Shown: piece by piece, positions 10,045 through 20,588 of the stretch
Layout: every line of letters begins with the position of its first letter
Numbering within the stretch: position 1 is the stretch's first letter
DNA from: a virus
Virus record (IMG/VR): IMGVR_UViG_3300028073_000008
Coordinates: 1-64,000 of that record
Reading direction: 5' to 3' (one strand)
DNA length: 64,000 nt
Made by a program: the position numbers and the translations under genes
Notes under the pieces: model-generated
Database searches by the model: none
Seen by the model: the letters and a program-made list of their open reading frames with translations, nothing else
What the model was told of the DNA's origin: nothing

Positions 10045-10443
10045 ATGGCAAGAGCAGCTACAGCACTTAGACCGTCTACGACGGAACGAGTAAGTGTACT
10101 AGAAACAAAAGTAGATAATATAGACGTCAAGATCTGCGAATTAAAAGAAGACGTCAAGGACATGCACGACTGCCTAGATCGTACTCGTGACAGCATCATG
10201 GACAAGCTAGAAATAATGAACTCTAGCTATGAAAAAAATAGAGATCTTTACTACGCACACGCAGACAAATTACACCAAGAACAGACAGCACAACATCACG
10301 AGCTAGCTGGCAAGATATCGGAACTAGAAAAATTTAAAAATAAAGGTACTATGTATTTTATGGTGTTGTTGGCTTTCCTAGCAGGTGCTGGATGGTTAGG
10401 ACACATGGATCTCGCAAAGATAATCAAGTTCGTGGGTTTATAA
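10045..10443 (+). CDS. Coiled-coil protein with C-terminal TM helix (XhlA/holin-like)
   Basis: GGAGAG SD; heptad region followed by hydrophobic YFMVLLAFLAGAGWL. Confidence 0.55.
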   Translation: MARAATALRPSTTERVSVLETKVDNIDVKICELKEDVKDMHDCLDRTRDSIMDKLEIMNSSYEKNRDLYYAHADKLHQEQTAQHHELAGKISELEKFKNKGTMYFMVLLAFLAGAGWLGHMDLAKIIKFVGL

Positions 10444-10461
10444 TATACCCAGATATTAAAT

Positions 10462-10484
10462 AAAGGACCGTAGGTCCTTTTTTT
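10462..10484 (+). terminator. Intrinsic terminator
   Basis: AAAGGACC-GTA-GGTCCTTT followed by T-run. Confidence 0.65.
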
Positions 10485-10919
10485 ATGAGTAAAGCACAGC
10501 AGAATCTAGATCTGGTCGTCAGTAATGTCCACAGGCAGCTGCTGGACAAGCAGACTCTAATACCTAAAAAAACAGAACGTGGTATTGAAATCGGTAGATA
10601 TACCATAGTCAGCAACGACTGCCTTAAAGACATTTACAAAGGTGATACTCTGGTATTCAAGGATATCAGTTTAAATCGTGTGGCAGTCAAAGTGGCCAAT
10701 CTGTTAAATTTTGGACAGGATACTAAAATAAACGAGTTGATTTCTATGGATCTTAAATTTGGGCAGAGTCTAGTAGATTACAAGATGTTCAAAGACAAGC
10801 TGTCAAAAGCACACAAAGAACAGGATCAATTCAAGATAGATCTTTATCTAGCCAGGTTGATTTTCGCCAAAGACGCAGCAGAATACTACAAACGCGAAGC
10901 TAACCGTTTGGCTCTTTAA
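10485..10919 (+). CDS. Hypothetical protein
   Basis: 144-aa ORF. Confidence 0.6.
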   Translation: MSKAQQNLDLVVSNVHRQLLDKQTLIPKKTERGIEIGRYTIVSNDCLKDIYKGDTLVFKDISLNRVAVKVANLLNFGQDTKINELISMDLKFGQSLVDYKMFKDKLSKAHKEQDQFKIDLYLARLIFAKDAAEYYKREANRLAL

Positions 10920-10955
10920 GTAATAAATATACTACAAACCACCGGATGTGCTCAT

Positions 10956-13043
10956 ATGAAAACAAATGATTTATTTGACAGGGTTGACGCTAAAAAGCTC
11001 AATGAGACTTTGTCTAAAACCTTTGGTCAAAAACTGGATTTAGAATCCTATACTTTACCGCAGCTAGAAGATGCTCGCAACAAGCTAAGGACCCAGATCT
11101 ATACTTACAAGCAAAAAGCCAATTTCAACGAAACTGTAAACAACGAAACATTTACTAAGACACAATGGATGCTGGACACTATCAATAAAGAAATTGCCAG
11201 CAGGATAGATGAAAGCACACAAAGAGTAGACGAATTTTGGGGGTTGCTGGCCAGAGGCGCAGTAGCAGCATTACCTCATCTAGCTAGAATGTTTGGTACA
11301 GTAGGAAGAGGAGCAGCAGCCGGTGCACGTGCGGCAGCACCAGCAGCAGGTGCTGCTGTTAAAGGTGGTGCTGAGATAGCAGCAAAGAATGCTCATAAAC
11401 TGGCATTAGCTGATATCATGTATCAAGCATGGGATCATGTTGAACCGTTGGTCAAAGACCTAGGCGATGTCCATGAAGTATTCAAAGATGCTGACGAATA
11501 TATACAAGCTATTAAGAAATATGCTCCTAGTATAGCAGCGATGGTGGCAACTACAGACCTAGCTGCTCTAGGTACATTAGCAGCTACATATGCTCTGCCA
11601 ATTGGGCTGGTGATCGTGTTAGCATGGGGTGGAAAGAAACTTTGGGATCAATTTACTACTGCTGAAAAACAGCCACAGGGCAAGCCCGCATTGAACATGT
11701 CGGAAGATGAAGGCGGTGATTCTTTAAGAAGTGAAGTTACGCAAATTCTAAGACGGTTCGATCAAAATATGAACGAGATCGGCGGATACGGTGATCCAAA
11801 TTATGATAAAGTTATTAAATTGTTACAACAGGGAGAAGTAGAAGCTGCGGTAGAGGAAGTATCTTATTCATATGCCGATAAAGACGGCGGCGAAATCCGT
11901 TACATGGATGATTATCTTCAAGACCTAGCAGCAGATTTTGAAGCTTTGGTTCCTCCCGAGCCCGACACATATCCAGACGAAGGCGGCGAAACAGATGATG
12001 GATATGCCCTAGCATCAGCGGGTTTCGGTTCCGACGAAGACTACGGTGATTATGGCCAAGATGAAAGTGTAGAAACAGAAGCTGGATACTTTGGCGGTGG
12101 CGGCAGTTACGATCGCAATTGGTCTTTTAGCCGCAGAAATCGAGAAGATGATTGGGACGAAGGCAACACAGAACCGCCAAACAATTTTGCTATCTACATC
12201 AATGGCAAGAAATGGAAAGTATTCCAAGGTCAAGGAACCTATGCCGATGACAACAGAGAAATGGCCCAACTTCGTAGATTACAAGACATGTGCCGCAAAA
12301 AATCTGAACAGACTGGTAAGAAGTGGGAAGTGTCTCGTACAGGTGAAGCAGCAACAGAAAGCATTCAAATGGAGAAGGCACCTCCGGGTGATAAGTACGA
12401 ACGTATGGTCAAACATATCAAGAAAGGCTATGCCAAGGATGGCGAGCTAACTGATAAAGAAAGATCCATTGCCTATGCCACAGCATGGAAGCATAAAAAC
12501 AAAAGCGAATCAACTGAAACAGGAGATAACATGAATCAAGTTAGAGAAAGCGCCACAGATAAAGCCAGTGCGATCGTTACGGCAAAGTCAATGGTGGACA
12601 GAATTACACGTTGGATTGAAGAACTATCCGGCATGGAAAACGATCAATTGCTCAGTCTAGGAGATGATATCCGTGACGAGTTCGGACAGCAAGAAGCCAA
12701 GGCTTTCTTAAGCCAAGTAGCACCTGCTATCCAACAGGCTTTACAAAATCTAAAAGCAACGAGAGAAACTATGGCCAACGGTGTGCGTTCACTATCAGGT
12801 GAAGGTGCCCCCGCAGACATGATCGGTGCTGAACCAGAAGGCGATATGGCTGCTGATACAGGTAGCATCGATGACCTTGCTCCGCCAGCAGACGCAGGCG
12901 CAGACATGGCCGCAGACGCAGAAGCTCCAGCAGATGATTTCGCAGCAGCTGAACCAGCAGCCGGCGGCGCTGAAGAAGCAGGCCGTGCTAAAAGAGAAAG
13001 CATAGAACAACAAAATCGTTTACTCAAAGTATTAGCCGGATGA
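10956..13043 (+). CDS. Large acidic modular protein, putative prohead core/scaffold or internal protein
   Basis: Late promoter 10924; acidic low-complexity segments and coiled coils. Confidence 0.5.
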   Translation: MKTNDLFDRVDAKKLNETLSKTFGQKLDLESYTLPQLEDARNKLRTQIYTYKQKANFNETVNNETFTKTQWMLDTINKEIASRIDESTQRVDEFWGLLARGAVAALPHLARMFGTVGRGAAAGARAAAPAAGAAVKGGAEIAAKNAHKLALADIMYQAWDHVEPLVKDLGDVHEVFKDADEYIQAIKKYAPSIAAMVATTDLAALGTLAATYALPIGLVIVLAWGGKKLWDQFTTAEKQPQGKPALNMSEDEGGDSLRSEVTQILRRFDQNMNEIGGYGDPNYDKVIKLLQQGEVEAAVEEVSYSYADKDGGEIRYMDDYLQDLAADFEALVPPEPDTYPDEGGETDDGYALASAGFGSDEDYGDYGQDESVETEAGYFGGGGSYDRNWSFSRRNREDDWDEGNTEPPNNFAIYINGKKWKVFQGQGTYADDNREMAQLRRLQDMCRKKSEQTGKKWEVSRTGEAATESIQMEKAPPGDKYERMVKHIKKGYAKDGELTDKERSIAYATAWKHKNKSESTETGDNMNQVRESATDKASAIVTAKSMVDRITRWIEELSGMENDQLLSLGDDIRDEFGQQEAKAFLSQVAPAIQQALQNLKATRETMANGVRSLSGEGAPADMIGAEPEGDMAADTGSIDDLAPPADAGADMAADAEAPADDFAAAEPAAGGAEEAGRAKRESIEQQNRLLKVLAG

Positions 13044-13465
13044 GATTCGACGAATTTGCCCCTGTTTCAGAAAAAGAGAAGCTGGATGAATTCCTTCCAG
13101 CTCTTGCCGCTGTAGGTGGGGCTTTGGCCAGAGGCGCATCGGCGATAGGCCAAGGTGCTGTAAAAGTCGGTCAGGGTGCTGTGAAAGGTGCGCAGGCACT
13201 AGGAAGTCTAGCAGTTAAAGGTGGACGAGCAGTCGGAAATGTAGCAAAGAATGTAGCCACTGTAGCAACTGGCGGAGGATCATCAGATACTACAGCGACC
13301 GCAGCACAGACCGGTGCCAACACTACGGCAGGACAGCAACAACAGCAGCAGGCAGATCAACAGGCCATACAGGCCGCAGCCAAACAGCAACAAGATTTAC
13401 AGTCTTATATACAAAACATAGAAAAATCTTTAGCAGCATTAAAACAAACAGCAGGCGTAAAATGA
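13040..13465 (+). CDS. Putative internal virion protein, Ala/Gly/Gln-rich
   Basis: MRFDEF start; LDEFLPAL motif. Confidence 0.55.
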   Translation: MRFDEFAPVSEKEKLDEFLPALAAVGGALARGASAIGQGAVKVGQGAVKGAQALGSLAVKGGRAVGNVAKNVATVATGGGSSDTTATAAQTGANTTAGQQQQQQADQQAIQAAAKQQQDLQSYIQNIEKSLAALKQTAGVK

Positions 13466-13821
13466 GATTTTATGAATTCCAAGTTGAAGGCGATGATGAG
13501 TTCGTCCTATTATTAAAAAACCTAGTGGGACGTGCTCAAAGCAAAAAGGCTCCTGCTAAGTTCAACTGGGCAAGCATAAACACTCTATTAAAAAATACCA
13601 ATCAGGGACAACTAGATTACGATGCTTTTAAGCAGATGTATGACATGAGCCCTGTCTTACAAAAACTAGTCTATAACTTCAATGCAGATGGTATAGAATT
13701 AAATGTTCCTGGCGTAGGCCAAGACCAGAACCCATCACAGAGTCAAGTAGATAAATCTAAAGAAGAAGTCAATAAAATCGCTGCGCAAGCTGCGCCTAAA
13801 ATGATTGACAAAGGCCTTTAA
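13462..13821 (+). CDS. Hypothetical protein
   Basis: MRFYEF start; ATGA overlap. Confidence 0.6.
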   Translation: MRFYEFQVEGDDEFVLLLKNLVGRAQSKKAPAKFNWASINTLLKNTNQGQLDYDAFKQMYDMSPVLQKLVYNFNADGIELNVPGVGQDQNPSQSQVDKSKEEVNKIAAQAAPKMIDKGL

Positions 13822-13834
13822 TTTATTGTAAACT
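13805..13834 (+). promoter_or_regulatory. Sigma70-type promoter
   Basis: TTGACA-N18-TAAACT. Confidence 0.5.
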
Positions 13835-13841
13835 TGACTAT

Positions 13842-14567
13842 ATGACTACATTCACACCCCCACCTTACGTAGAAAGATATCAATATAAAAACTGTAAACA
13901 GATAACAGATCCTGTGACAGGTAAGAGAGTCTATCAGACTCCAGACGGTGATACTACTCCTAGCGTGACTACCATACTAGGTGCTACCAAAGATATGACA
14001 GCACTTAACGAATGGAAGAAACGTGTGGGTGAGCAAAATGCCAAACAGATCACCCAAGAAGCTGCGGGCATAGGCACAGCGATGCATTCCAATCTAGAAC
14101 GTTTCATGGTCGGCGAAACCAGACAACCCGGAAATGCTCCTGTACATCAACAGGCACACAAGATGGCCGATCAAATCATTATCAACGCATTGAGTCAAGT
14201 AGACGAAGTATGGGCTATGGAACAGAGTTTGTATTTCCCTGGACTGTATTCGGGAACTACTGATTTGGTTTGTGTTTATAAAGGTAATCCCAGCGTCTGT
14301 GACTACAAACAGACTAACAAGCCTAAAAAAGCAGAATGGGTCGAAGATTACTACTTACAATTAACTGCTTATATTATGGCTCACAACGAAGTATATGGAT
14401 CCGATATACGCGAAGGACACGTATTCATGTGTTCTCGAGATTTACAATATCAGCAGTTTGACCTTTGGCCTGATGATTTTAATATGTGGCAGGACAAATG
14501 GTTGGCTAGAGTTGAAGATTACTACACAAAAGGTCTACAGGGCTACAAGCAACTGCTCACGCAATAG
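13842..14567 (+). CDS. PD-(D/E)xK exonuclease (Cas4/MGME1-like phage exonuclease)
   Basis: PSVTTIL, GTAMH, GTTDLV..DYKQT, YYLQLTAY. Confidence 0.85.
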   Translation: MTTFTPPPYVERYQYKNCKQITDPVTGKRVYQTPDGDTTPSVTTILGATKDMTALNEWKKRVGEQNAKQITQEAAGIGTAMHSNLERFMVGETRQPGNAPVHQQAHKMADQIIINALSQVDEVWAMEQSLYFPGLYSGTTDLVCVYKGNPSVCDYKQTNKPKKAEWVEDYYLQLTAYIMAHNEVYGSDIREGHVFMCSRDLQYQQFDLWPDDFNMWQDKWLARVEDYYTKGLQGYKQLLTQ

Positions 14568-14600
14568 AATAAATACTCTATATAACAAGGGTATCGTTCT

Positions 14601-16169
14601 ATGGCTGTAGTCCAAATTTCAAAAATACAAGTAAGAAGAGGTAGGAAACTCGGTGAATCCGGTATTCCCCAGCTATCCAGCGGAGAAATGGCTTGGACTG
14701 TAGATACCCAAGAACTGTTTATAGGTAACGGTGCTGTAGCCGAAGGTGCTCCCGCAGTAGGCAATACCAAAGTATTGACCGAGCATGATAACTTACTTGA
14801 ACTGATTCAAAGCTATCGTTTTGGTAGGAACAGTCCTAGCATCACTAAGAGTGTGTTTAGGACACTACAGTCTAAACTAGACGATCGAGTTAACGTTAAA
14901 GATTTTGGTGCTAAAGGCGATGGCGTGGCCGATGATACTGAAGCATTTCAAAACGCACTAGATCAGCTGTTTAGAAATACAGACAATGAATTTCGAAAAC
15001 AGCTTTTCGTGCCTACAGGTCATTATAGGATACTAGGCAACATAACTATACCATCGGCTGCTTATATCACTGGTGAATCAGACATTGGTACCATAATCGC
15101 TTTTAACGCAGTCACGGTATCGTTTACTTCTTTCAACGGTACACAACCTATTAATTTTTCTTCATCAGATAGACCACATGATGTTTATATCAATAATCTA
15201 ACGATGAGATTCACAACAGGACATTGTGACTTAACAGGTCTAGCTGACAGCACGTTTGAAGCAGTGATTTTCCAAGGAGCAGAAGCCACGCTGCTCAATG
15301 CTATCAACACAACCAATCAACATTCATTGATCATGATGACCAACACAGACAACATAGGTACTGTGATCAGTAATGTAGAATTCAAAGCCTGTGTTTTCAA
15401 AAATGCGTGGAATGCTGTATTCTTCGAACAGACACAGTCATATCATTCAGAAGTATATTTCAGTCAGTGTAAGTTTAATACATTGAACACAGGCATCATA
15501 GTAGACGGCCAATCTGGACAGATCAATGCTTGGGGTATATCCGAGTCACTGTTTCAATCTATAGGTTCACAGGCGATCAGATCCATCTACGGATCAGGAA
15601 TGAAAATCGTCGACAGCAAATTTATAGATTGCGGTAACGGTATCAACTTAGCTAACAACCCAGAAGACTATATCATAACATTTCTCGAGCCCTATGACAA
15701 TGTGGTATTAAACTGCTATTTTAATAGACAACAGAATGCCTATGCGGATGTTGCCATCGGCGACCAACGTAGAGCAATACAAGAAGTGTTCAATGGTAGC
15801 ATGGTCACGATAGCAGATCAAATCAAACAAGATCTTTATAATTCACTTTCTATCTCTCCGTTGGCAATGTTTTCAGCACTGAATAGATCTACTACATTAG
15901 ACTATACTATAAACTTTGCTTCCGGTAGCGCAAGGTCAGGAACACTGACTATCACTATAGGTGATAATACTCTCAATCCTGTGTTGACAGATAGTTATGC
16001 TGTTACACAAGGTGATTTGGATGCCGAAGCTGTGGAATTCGTCATACAGCTATTAGATAGAAGTGACTCTACTGCCGGATCAGAAACTATAATATTAAAC
16101 TACAAGAATCCCAATAACCCTGGAATCAATCCAGATCAATTGACTTATTTTGTAAAATACAGTGTTTGA
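14601..16169 (+). CDS. Tail fibre/tailspike protein with pectate-lyase-like beta-helix
   Basis: IQVRRG..PQL..GE tail-fibre N-terminus; VNVKDFGAKGDGVADDTEAFQ. Confidence 0.8.
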   Translation: MAVVQISKIQVRRGRKLGESGIPQLSSGEMAWTVDTQELFIGNGAVAEGAPAVGNTKVLTEHDNLLELIQSYRFGRNSPSITKSVFRTLQSKLDDRVNVKDFGAKGDGVADDTEAFQNALDQLFRNTDNEFRKQLFVPTGHYRILGNITIPSAAYITGESDIGTIIAFNAVTVSFTSFNGTQPINFSSSDRPHDVYINNLTMRFTTGHCDLTGLADSTFEAVIFQGAEATLLNAINTTNQHSLIMMTNTDNIGTVISNVEFKACVFKNAWNAVFFEQTQSYHSEVYFSQCKFNTLNTGIIVDGQSGQINAWGISESLFQSIGSQAIRSIYGSGMKIVDSKFIDCGNGINLANNPEDYIITFLEPYDNVVLNCYFNRQQNAYADVAIGDQRRAIQEVFNGSMVTIADQIKQDLYNSLSISPLAMFSALNRSTTLDYTINFASGSARSGTLTITIGDNTLNPVLTDSYAVTQGDLDAEAVEFVIQLLDRSDSTAGSETIILNYKNPNNPGINPDQLTYFVKYSV

Positions 16170-16585
16170 TGTTTGATGTCCACAAGACTGACAGGATAAA
16201 AGTCTGGAGAGATTTCAGAGACAGCCTCGAAATGGCTGAGAATCCACTGCGCGATGTCGCAGAATTTTGGAGCAAGGCTCCTTTCGTTTCCAAATACTTA
16301 GATCCATATCGGCCAGACATTTGGCCCGATCCTTGGCATTTGGTTGTCGAAAACCGCTACGACAACCTTGCTATCGCCTTGGGCATGTGTTATACTCTTC
16401 AATTAACAGAACGTTTTAAGGCTTCAGGTTTCGAGATACATATGTCTATATCACCCAAGGACAATTCATATGTATTACTAGTCGATAATTGTTCACTATT
16501 GAACCTGGAACCAAGGGCAGTGAAGGATGTCAGTGAGATTCCATACAATTCTATAAAAATATGGAGCGGAGGTGGGCCTTTATAA
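16166..16585 (+). CDS. Hypothetical protein
   Basis: 139 aa, WPDPWHLV motif. Confidence 0.6.
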   Translation: MMFDVHKTDRIKVWRDFRDSLEMAENPLRDVAEFWSKAPFVSKYLDPYRPDIWPDPWHLVVENRYDNLAIALGMCYTLQLTERFKASGFEIHMSISPKDNSYVLLVDNCSLLNLEPRAVKDVSEIPYNSIKIWSGGGPL

Positions 16586-16588
16586 ATA
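16581..16588 (+). promoter_or_regulatory. T4-type late promoter TATAAATA (representative; TAAATA recurs before >20 genes)
   Basis: TAAATA at 2812, 6699, 9033, 9527, 9944, 10457, 10924, 14570, 23393, 23619, 26545, 27224, 28057, 29986, 32456, 36536, 39010, 39386, 40611, 43342, 46750, 49344, 51403; minus strand at 6636 and 55169. Confidence 0.75.
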
Positions 16589-16606
16589 CTCACCCGGAAA
16601 TGAAAT

Positions 16607-18964
16607 ATGTTAGAGGCGACAAATGAAATGATTACAGTAGTGAAAAGAAATGGTTCTAGAGAACCGCTAGACTTAACGAAATGGCAGACACAGGTAGCAA
16701 AAGTATGTAGAGGTATAGCTGACGTAAGTCAGAGCATGATCGAAATAAAAGCATCGCCTCACTTTTATGATGGGATCACAACTAAAGAAGTAGATGCTCT
16801 TACATTGAGAGCCATCGTTGATCTTATCGATGTAGAAAACAATCCAGATGTAGGCAATACCAATTATCAGTATGTGGCCGGCAAGCAACGTCTCAGTATG
16901 TTGCGCAAGGATGTGTATGGCCAATACGAACCTCCCCACCTCTATGACATCGTAAAGAAGAATGTAGAGGTAGGTCTATATACTCCAGAGTTACTGTCTT
17001 GGTACAGCCAGGATGACTGGAACAAGATGAATGACATGCTCGATCATTCTAAAGATGAGGAGTATTCATATGCTGCTATCGAGCAGTTGATTGAAAAATA
17101 TTTGGTACGCAATCGTGCCACAAAGGAAATTTATGAAACACCGCAAGTCCGATACATGGTTGCTGCCGCAACTGTTTTCCACAAGGAAGAACCAAACACC
17201 GCAAGAATGCGATACATCAAAGAATACTATAACGCCGCTTCTGATGGCCTATTTACTCTCGCTACTCCTGTTCTTGCTGGGCTTGGGACCCCTACAAAGC
17301 AGTTCAGTAGCTGTGTACTCATTCGTAGTGATGATGATCTTGACTCCATTTTCGCTTCTGGAGAAATGATGGCCAAGTATGCTAGCAAACGTGCTGGCAT
17401 TGGTCTAGAGATTGGTCGTCTTCGTCCTTTAGGATCTCCGATCCGTGGTGGAGAAATCATGCACACTGGCATGATTCCCTTCCTTAAGAAGTGGTTCGGG
17501 GACCTACGTTCGTGTTCACAAGGAGGTATCCGTAATGCGAGTGCTACTGTTTTTTATCCTATTTGGCATCATCAGTTTGATGATCTCATCGTTCTTAAAA
17601 ACAATCAAGGAACAGAAGAAACCCGAGTTAGGCACATGGACTATGGAGTTGTCTTATCCGCCTTCTTCTGGAGACGATTTCGAAATAAGGAGAATATAAC
17701 ATTCTTCGATCCTAACGAAGTTCCTGACCTCTACGAAGCATTTTACAAAGACACAGAGCTGTTTGAACAGCTATATGTAAAGTATGAAAAGCGCAAGGAT
17801 CTACGTAAGAAGACTATGAACGCAGAAGATGTGTTCAAAGGTGGCATACTGAAAGAGCGCACTGATACTGGACGCATCTATCTAGTGTTCATAGATAACG
17901 TTATGAACCAAGGACCATTTGATCCTGAGTATCACACTATCTATCAAAGTAACTTATGCTGTGAAATACTATTACCTACTAAACCTTTTAAACGTCTCGA
18001 TGACGCTGACGGCCGCATCGCTCTATGTACGTTGGGCAGTATCAACTGGGGAGCATTCCGTAATCCAGAAGATATGCGCCGTGCTTGCCGCATTTTACAG
18101 CGCAGTCTATGTAACATACTTGATTACCAAGATTTCCTAAGCATACAAAGCAAACTAAGCAATGACGAGATCCAGCCACTAGGCATTGGTGTTACTAATC
18201 TTGCCTACTGGCATGCCAAGCGTGGTTTGAAGTATGGCGACAAAGATGCCCTACAAGATGTTAAGTCTTGGATGGAACATCAGGCCTACTACTTAACAGA
18301 AGCTACAGTTGAACTTGCCCGAGAGCGTGGACCTTGTCTGCATAGCGCACATACACGATACGGCAAGGGAGAGTTTCCATGGGAACATCGTGCCAAGGGC
18401 GTAAATCAACTAGCTGACTTCCGACCAGAACTAGACTGGGAATCACTAAGAGAGGAAATGAAGATCCATGGTGTTAGAAATGCGACTCTTATGGCTATCG
18501 CTCCTGTGGAAAGCAGTAGCGTGGTTATTAATTCTACCAATGGTATTGAGCTTCCGATGAGTCTTATCAGTGTGAAAGAATCTAAAGCAGGATCATTCAC
18601 ACAGGTAGTACCAGAATACGCTAAACTTAAAAACAAATACCAATTGATGTGGGAGCAGAAAGACTGTGTTGGATATCTTAAAACTGCGGCTGTTCTTGCT
18701 GCTTACGTGGATCAGAGCATCAGTACTAATACTTTCTATAACCCTGCTCACTACGCAGATCGTAAAGTACCTACAACGTTGATAGCCAAGAATTTGATGC
18801 AGGCACACCTATGGGGATTGAAGACTTTCTATTACAGTCTAATCAACAAAGCAGGTGCCAAGAAAGAATTTGAAGAACCACAGATCAACGGTTTCCATAT
18901 CGAAACTAATGGTCATAACATATACGAATTAGACGAAGAAGATTGTGAGGCATGTAAACTATGA
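16607..18964 (+). CDS. nrdA: Ribonucleoside-diphosphate reductase class Ia alpha subunit (start may be 16628)
   Basis: ATP cone VVKRNG; FSSC, SNLCCEI, CTLG, KTFYY, C-terminal CEAC. Confidence 0.97.
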   Translation: MLEATNEMITVVKRNGSREPLDLTKWQTQVAKVCRGIADVSQSMIEIKASPHFYDGITTKEVDALTLRAIVDLIDVENNPDVGNTNYQYVAGKQRLSMLRKDVYGQYEPPHLYDIVKKNVEVGLYTPELLSWYSQDDWNKMNDMLDHSKDEEYSYAAIEQLIEKYLVRNRATKEIYETPQVRYMVAAATVFHKEEPNTARMRYIKEYYNAASDGLFTLATPVLAGLGTPTKQFSSCVLIRSDDDLDSIFASGEMMAKYASKRAGIGLEIGRLRPLGSPIRGGEIMHTGMIPFLKKWFGDLRSCSQGGIRNASATVFYPIWHHQFDDLIVLKNNQGTEETRVRHMDYGVVLSAFFWRRFRNKENITFFDPNEVPDLYEAFYKDTELFEQLYVKYEKRKDLRKKTMNAEDVFKGGILKERTDTGRIYLVFIDNVMNQGPFDPEYHTIYQSNLCCEILLPTKPFKRLDDADGRIALCTLGSINWGAFRNPEDMRRACRILQRSLCNILDYQDFLSIQSKLSNDEIQPLGIGVTNLAYWHAKRGLKYGDKDALQDVKSWMEHQAYYLTEATVELARERGPCLHSAHTRYGKGEFPWEHRAKGVNQLADFRPELDWESLREEMKIHGVRNATLMAIAPVESSSVVINSTNGIELPMSLISVKESKAGSFTQVVPEYAKLKNKYQLMWEQKDCVGYLKTAAVLAAYVDQSISTNTFYNPAHYADRKVPTTLIAKNLMQAHLWGLKTFYYSLINKAGAKKEFEEPQINGFHIETNGHNIYELDEEDCEACKL

Positions 18965-20061
18965 GCAAAGCTCAATATAACTTAAACACAAAGACAGACT
19001 ATTTGAAACGTCAAATGTTTTTGGATCCACAGGGTCCTGTTACCATACAGCGTTTTGAAGAATTCCGTTACCCCAAGGTAGCCAAGTTCGAAGAAACAGC
19101 ACGTGGTTTCTTTTGGGTTCCGGAAGAAATTTCATTGACTAAAGATGCTAGCGATTTCAAAGATGCTAGCGACACTGTCAAACATATCTTTACCAGCAAC
19201 CTATTAAGACAGACAGCATTAGACAGTATCCAAGGTCGTGGACCAACGCAGATCTTTACGCCTGTGGTAAGTGTGCCGGAGATGGAAGCATTGTGTTTGC
19301 TTTGGGGATTCTTTGAAACTAATCTACATTCAAAGAGCTACAGCCACATCATCCGTAATATCTACAACGTGCCTAAAGATGTGTTCAACACTATTCACGA
19401 CACTAATGAGATCATCGGCATGGCTGCTGCTGTTGGCAAGTACTATGATGAGCTACATGAAATCAACTGTAAAGCAGAAATGGGTGAAACTATTCCTGAA
19501 AAAGAATACATCCGTGCTATCTGGATGGCACTACATGCCAGCTATGCTCTAGAAGGTCTGCGTTTCATGGTGTCATTTGCCACCAGCTTGGCTATGGTAG
19601 AGAATAAGATTTTTATCGGTAATGGCAATATCATTAGCCTGATCCTACAGGATGAGATCCTACATAGAGATTGGACTGCTTATATCATCAATCAGGTAGT
19701 AAAGGATGATCCACGTTTCCTAGAAGCCAAAAACGAATGCGTTGACGAAGTGTACAAATTGTACATGGATGTGATCCAAGAAGAAAAAAATTGGGCAGAC
19801 TATCTATTCCAAAAAGGACCAGTTATTGGACTAAATGCCAACATCCTAAAAGACTTCATGGATTATACAGCAGCCAACACGCTAAAAGAAATCGGCATCA
19901 AATACAATCAACCTGCTCCAAAGACTACGCCTATTCCTTGGTTCAACAAGCATAGCGACACGCACAAGAAACAGACAGCTCTACAGGAAAACGAATCGAC
20001 CAATTATGTCATTGGTGTGATGAGTGATCAGATAAATTATGATGAGCTACCAGTTTTATAA
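18961..20061 (+). CDS. nrdB: Ribonucleoside-diphosphate reductase beta subunit
   Basis: FFWVPEE, ETNLHSKSY, DEILH, ALQENE. Confidence 0.97.
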   Translation: MSKAQYNLNTKTDYLKRQMFLDPQGPVTIQRFEEFRYPKVAKFEETARGFFWVPEEISLTKDASDFKDASDTVKHIFTSNLLRQTALDSIQGRGPTQIFTPVVSVPEMEALCLLWGFFETNLHSKSYSHIIRNIYNVPKDVFNTIHDTNEIIGMAAAVGKYYDELHEINCKAEMGETIPEKEYIRAIWMALHASYALEGLRFMVSFATSLAMVENKIFIGNGNIISLILQDEILHRDWTAYIINQVVKDDPRFLEAKNECVDEVYKLYMDVIQEEKNWADYLFQKGPVIGLNANILKDFMDYTAANTLKEIGIKYNQPAPKTTPIPWFNKHSDTHKKQTALQENESTNYVIGVMSDQINYDELPVL

Positions 20062-20069
20062 GGAAAGAG

Positions 20070-20300
20070 ATGAAAGCTATCGTTTGGAGCAAGGATCAAT
20101 GTCCATTTTGTGATCAGGCCAAAAACCTGCTCAAGATGAAGAACATTGAATTTGAAGAAAGAAATATACAGAAAGAGTGGACCAAAGAGCAACTGCTAGA
20201 AGCTGTTCCTGGAGCACGTACAGTACCGCAGATTTTCCTAGACGGAGAATTGGTAGGCGGTTTCACAGAACTCAAGAAAAGGTTTACAAATGTTAATTGA
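20070..20300 (+). CDS. Glutaredoxin
   Basis: CPFC, TVPQIF, GG motifs; follows nrdAB. Confidence 0.95.
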   Translation: MKAIVWSKDQCPFCDQAKNLLKMKNIEFEERNIQKEWTKEQLLEAVPGARTVPQIFLDGELVGGFTELKKRFTNVN

Positions 20301-20577
20301 TAAAGGAATATCAGCTGGCGAAGTGATCACGCTCAAGCTGACCAGCGGAGAAGAATTGATCGCGAGACTGTCAGAAGAAACGCCCACAGCCTACAAGCTG
20401 ACCAAGCCTATGGTTATTGGTATGGGACAGAAAGGACCAGGATTGATGCCCTATCTGTTTACAGTATCTCCTGACAAGGAAATCCCATTACTAAAAACTG
20501 CCGTGGCTATGATAGTACACAGCGATAAATCATTCGCAGATCAATATCTTCAGAGTACTACTAATCTAGTGATATAA
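20290..20577 (+). CDS. Small beta-rich (Sm-like) phage protein
   Basis: ITLKLTSGEELIAR pattern. Confidence 0.55.
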   Translation: MLIDKGISAGEVITLKLTSGEELIARLSEETPTAYKLTKPMVIGMGQKGPGLMPYLFTVSPDKEIPLLKTAVAMIVHSDKSFADQYLQSTTNLVI

Positions 20578-20588
20578 GGAGATAAAAT

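Noticed and set aside
16607-20061. Intron or intein in nrdA/nrdB; short direct repeat AAAGATGCTAGCGA near 19141
   Set aside because: Both genes are normal length and uninterrupted; the repeat only encodes KDASDFKDASD
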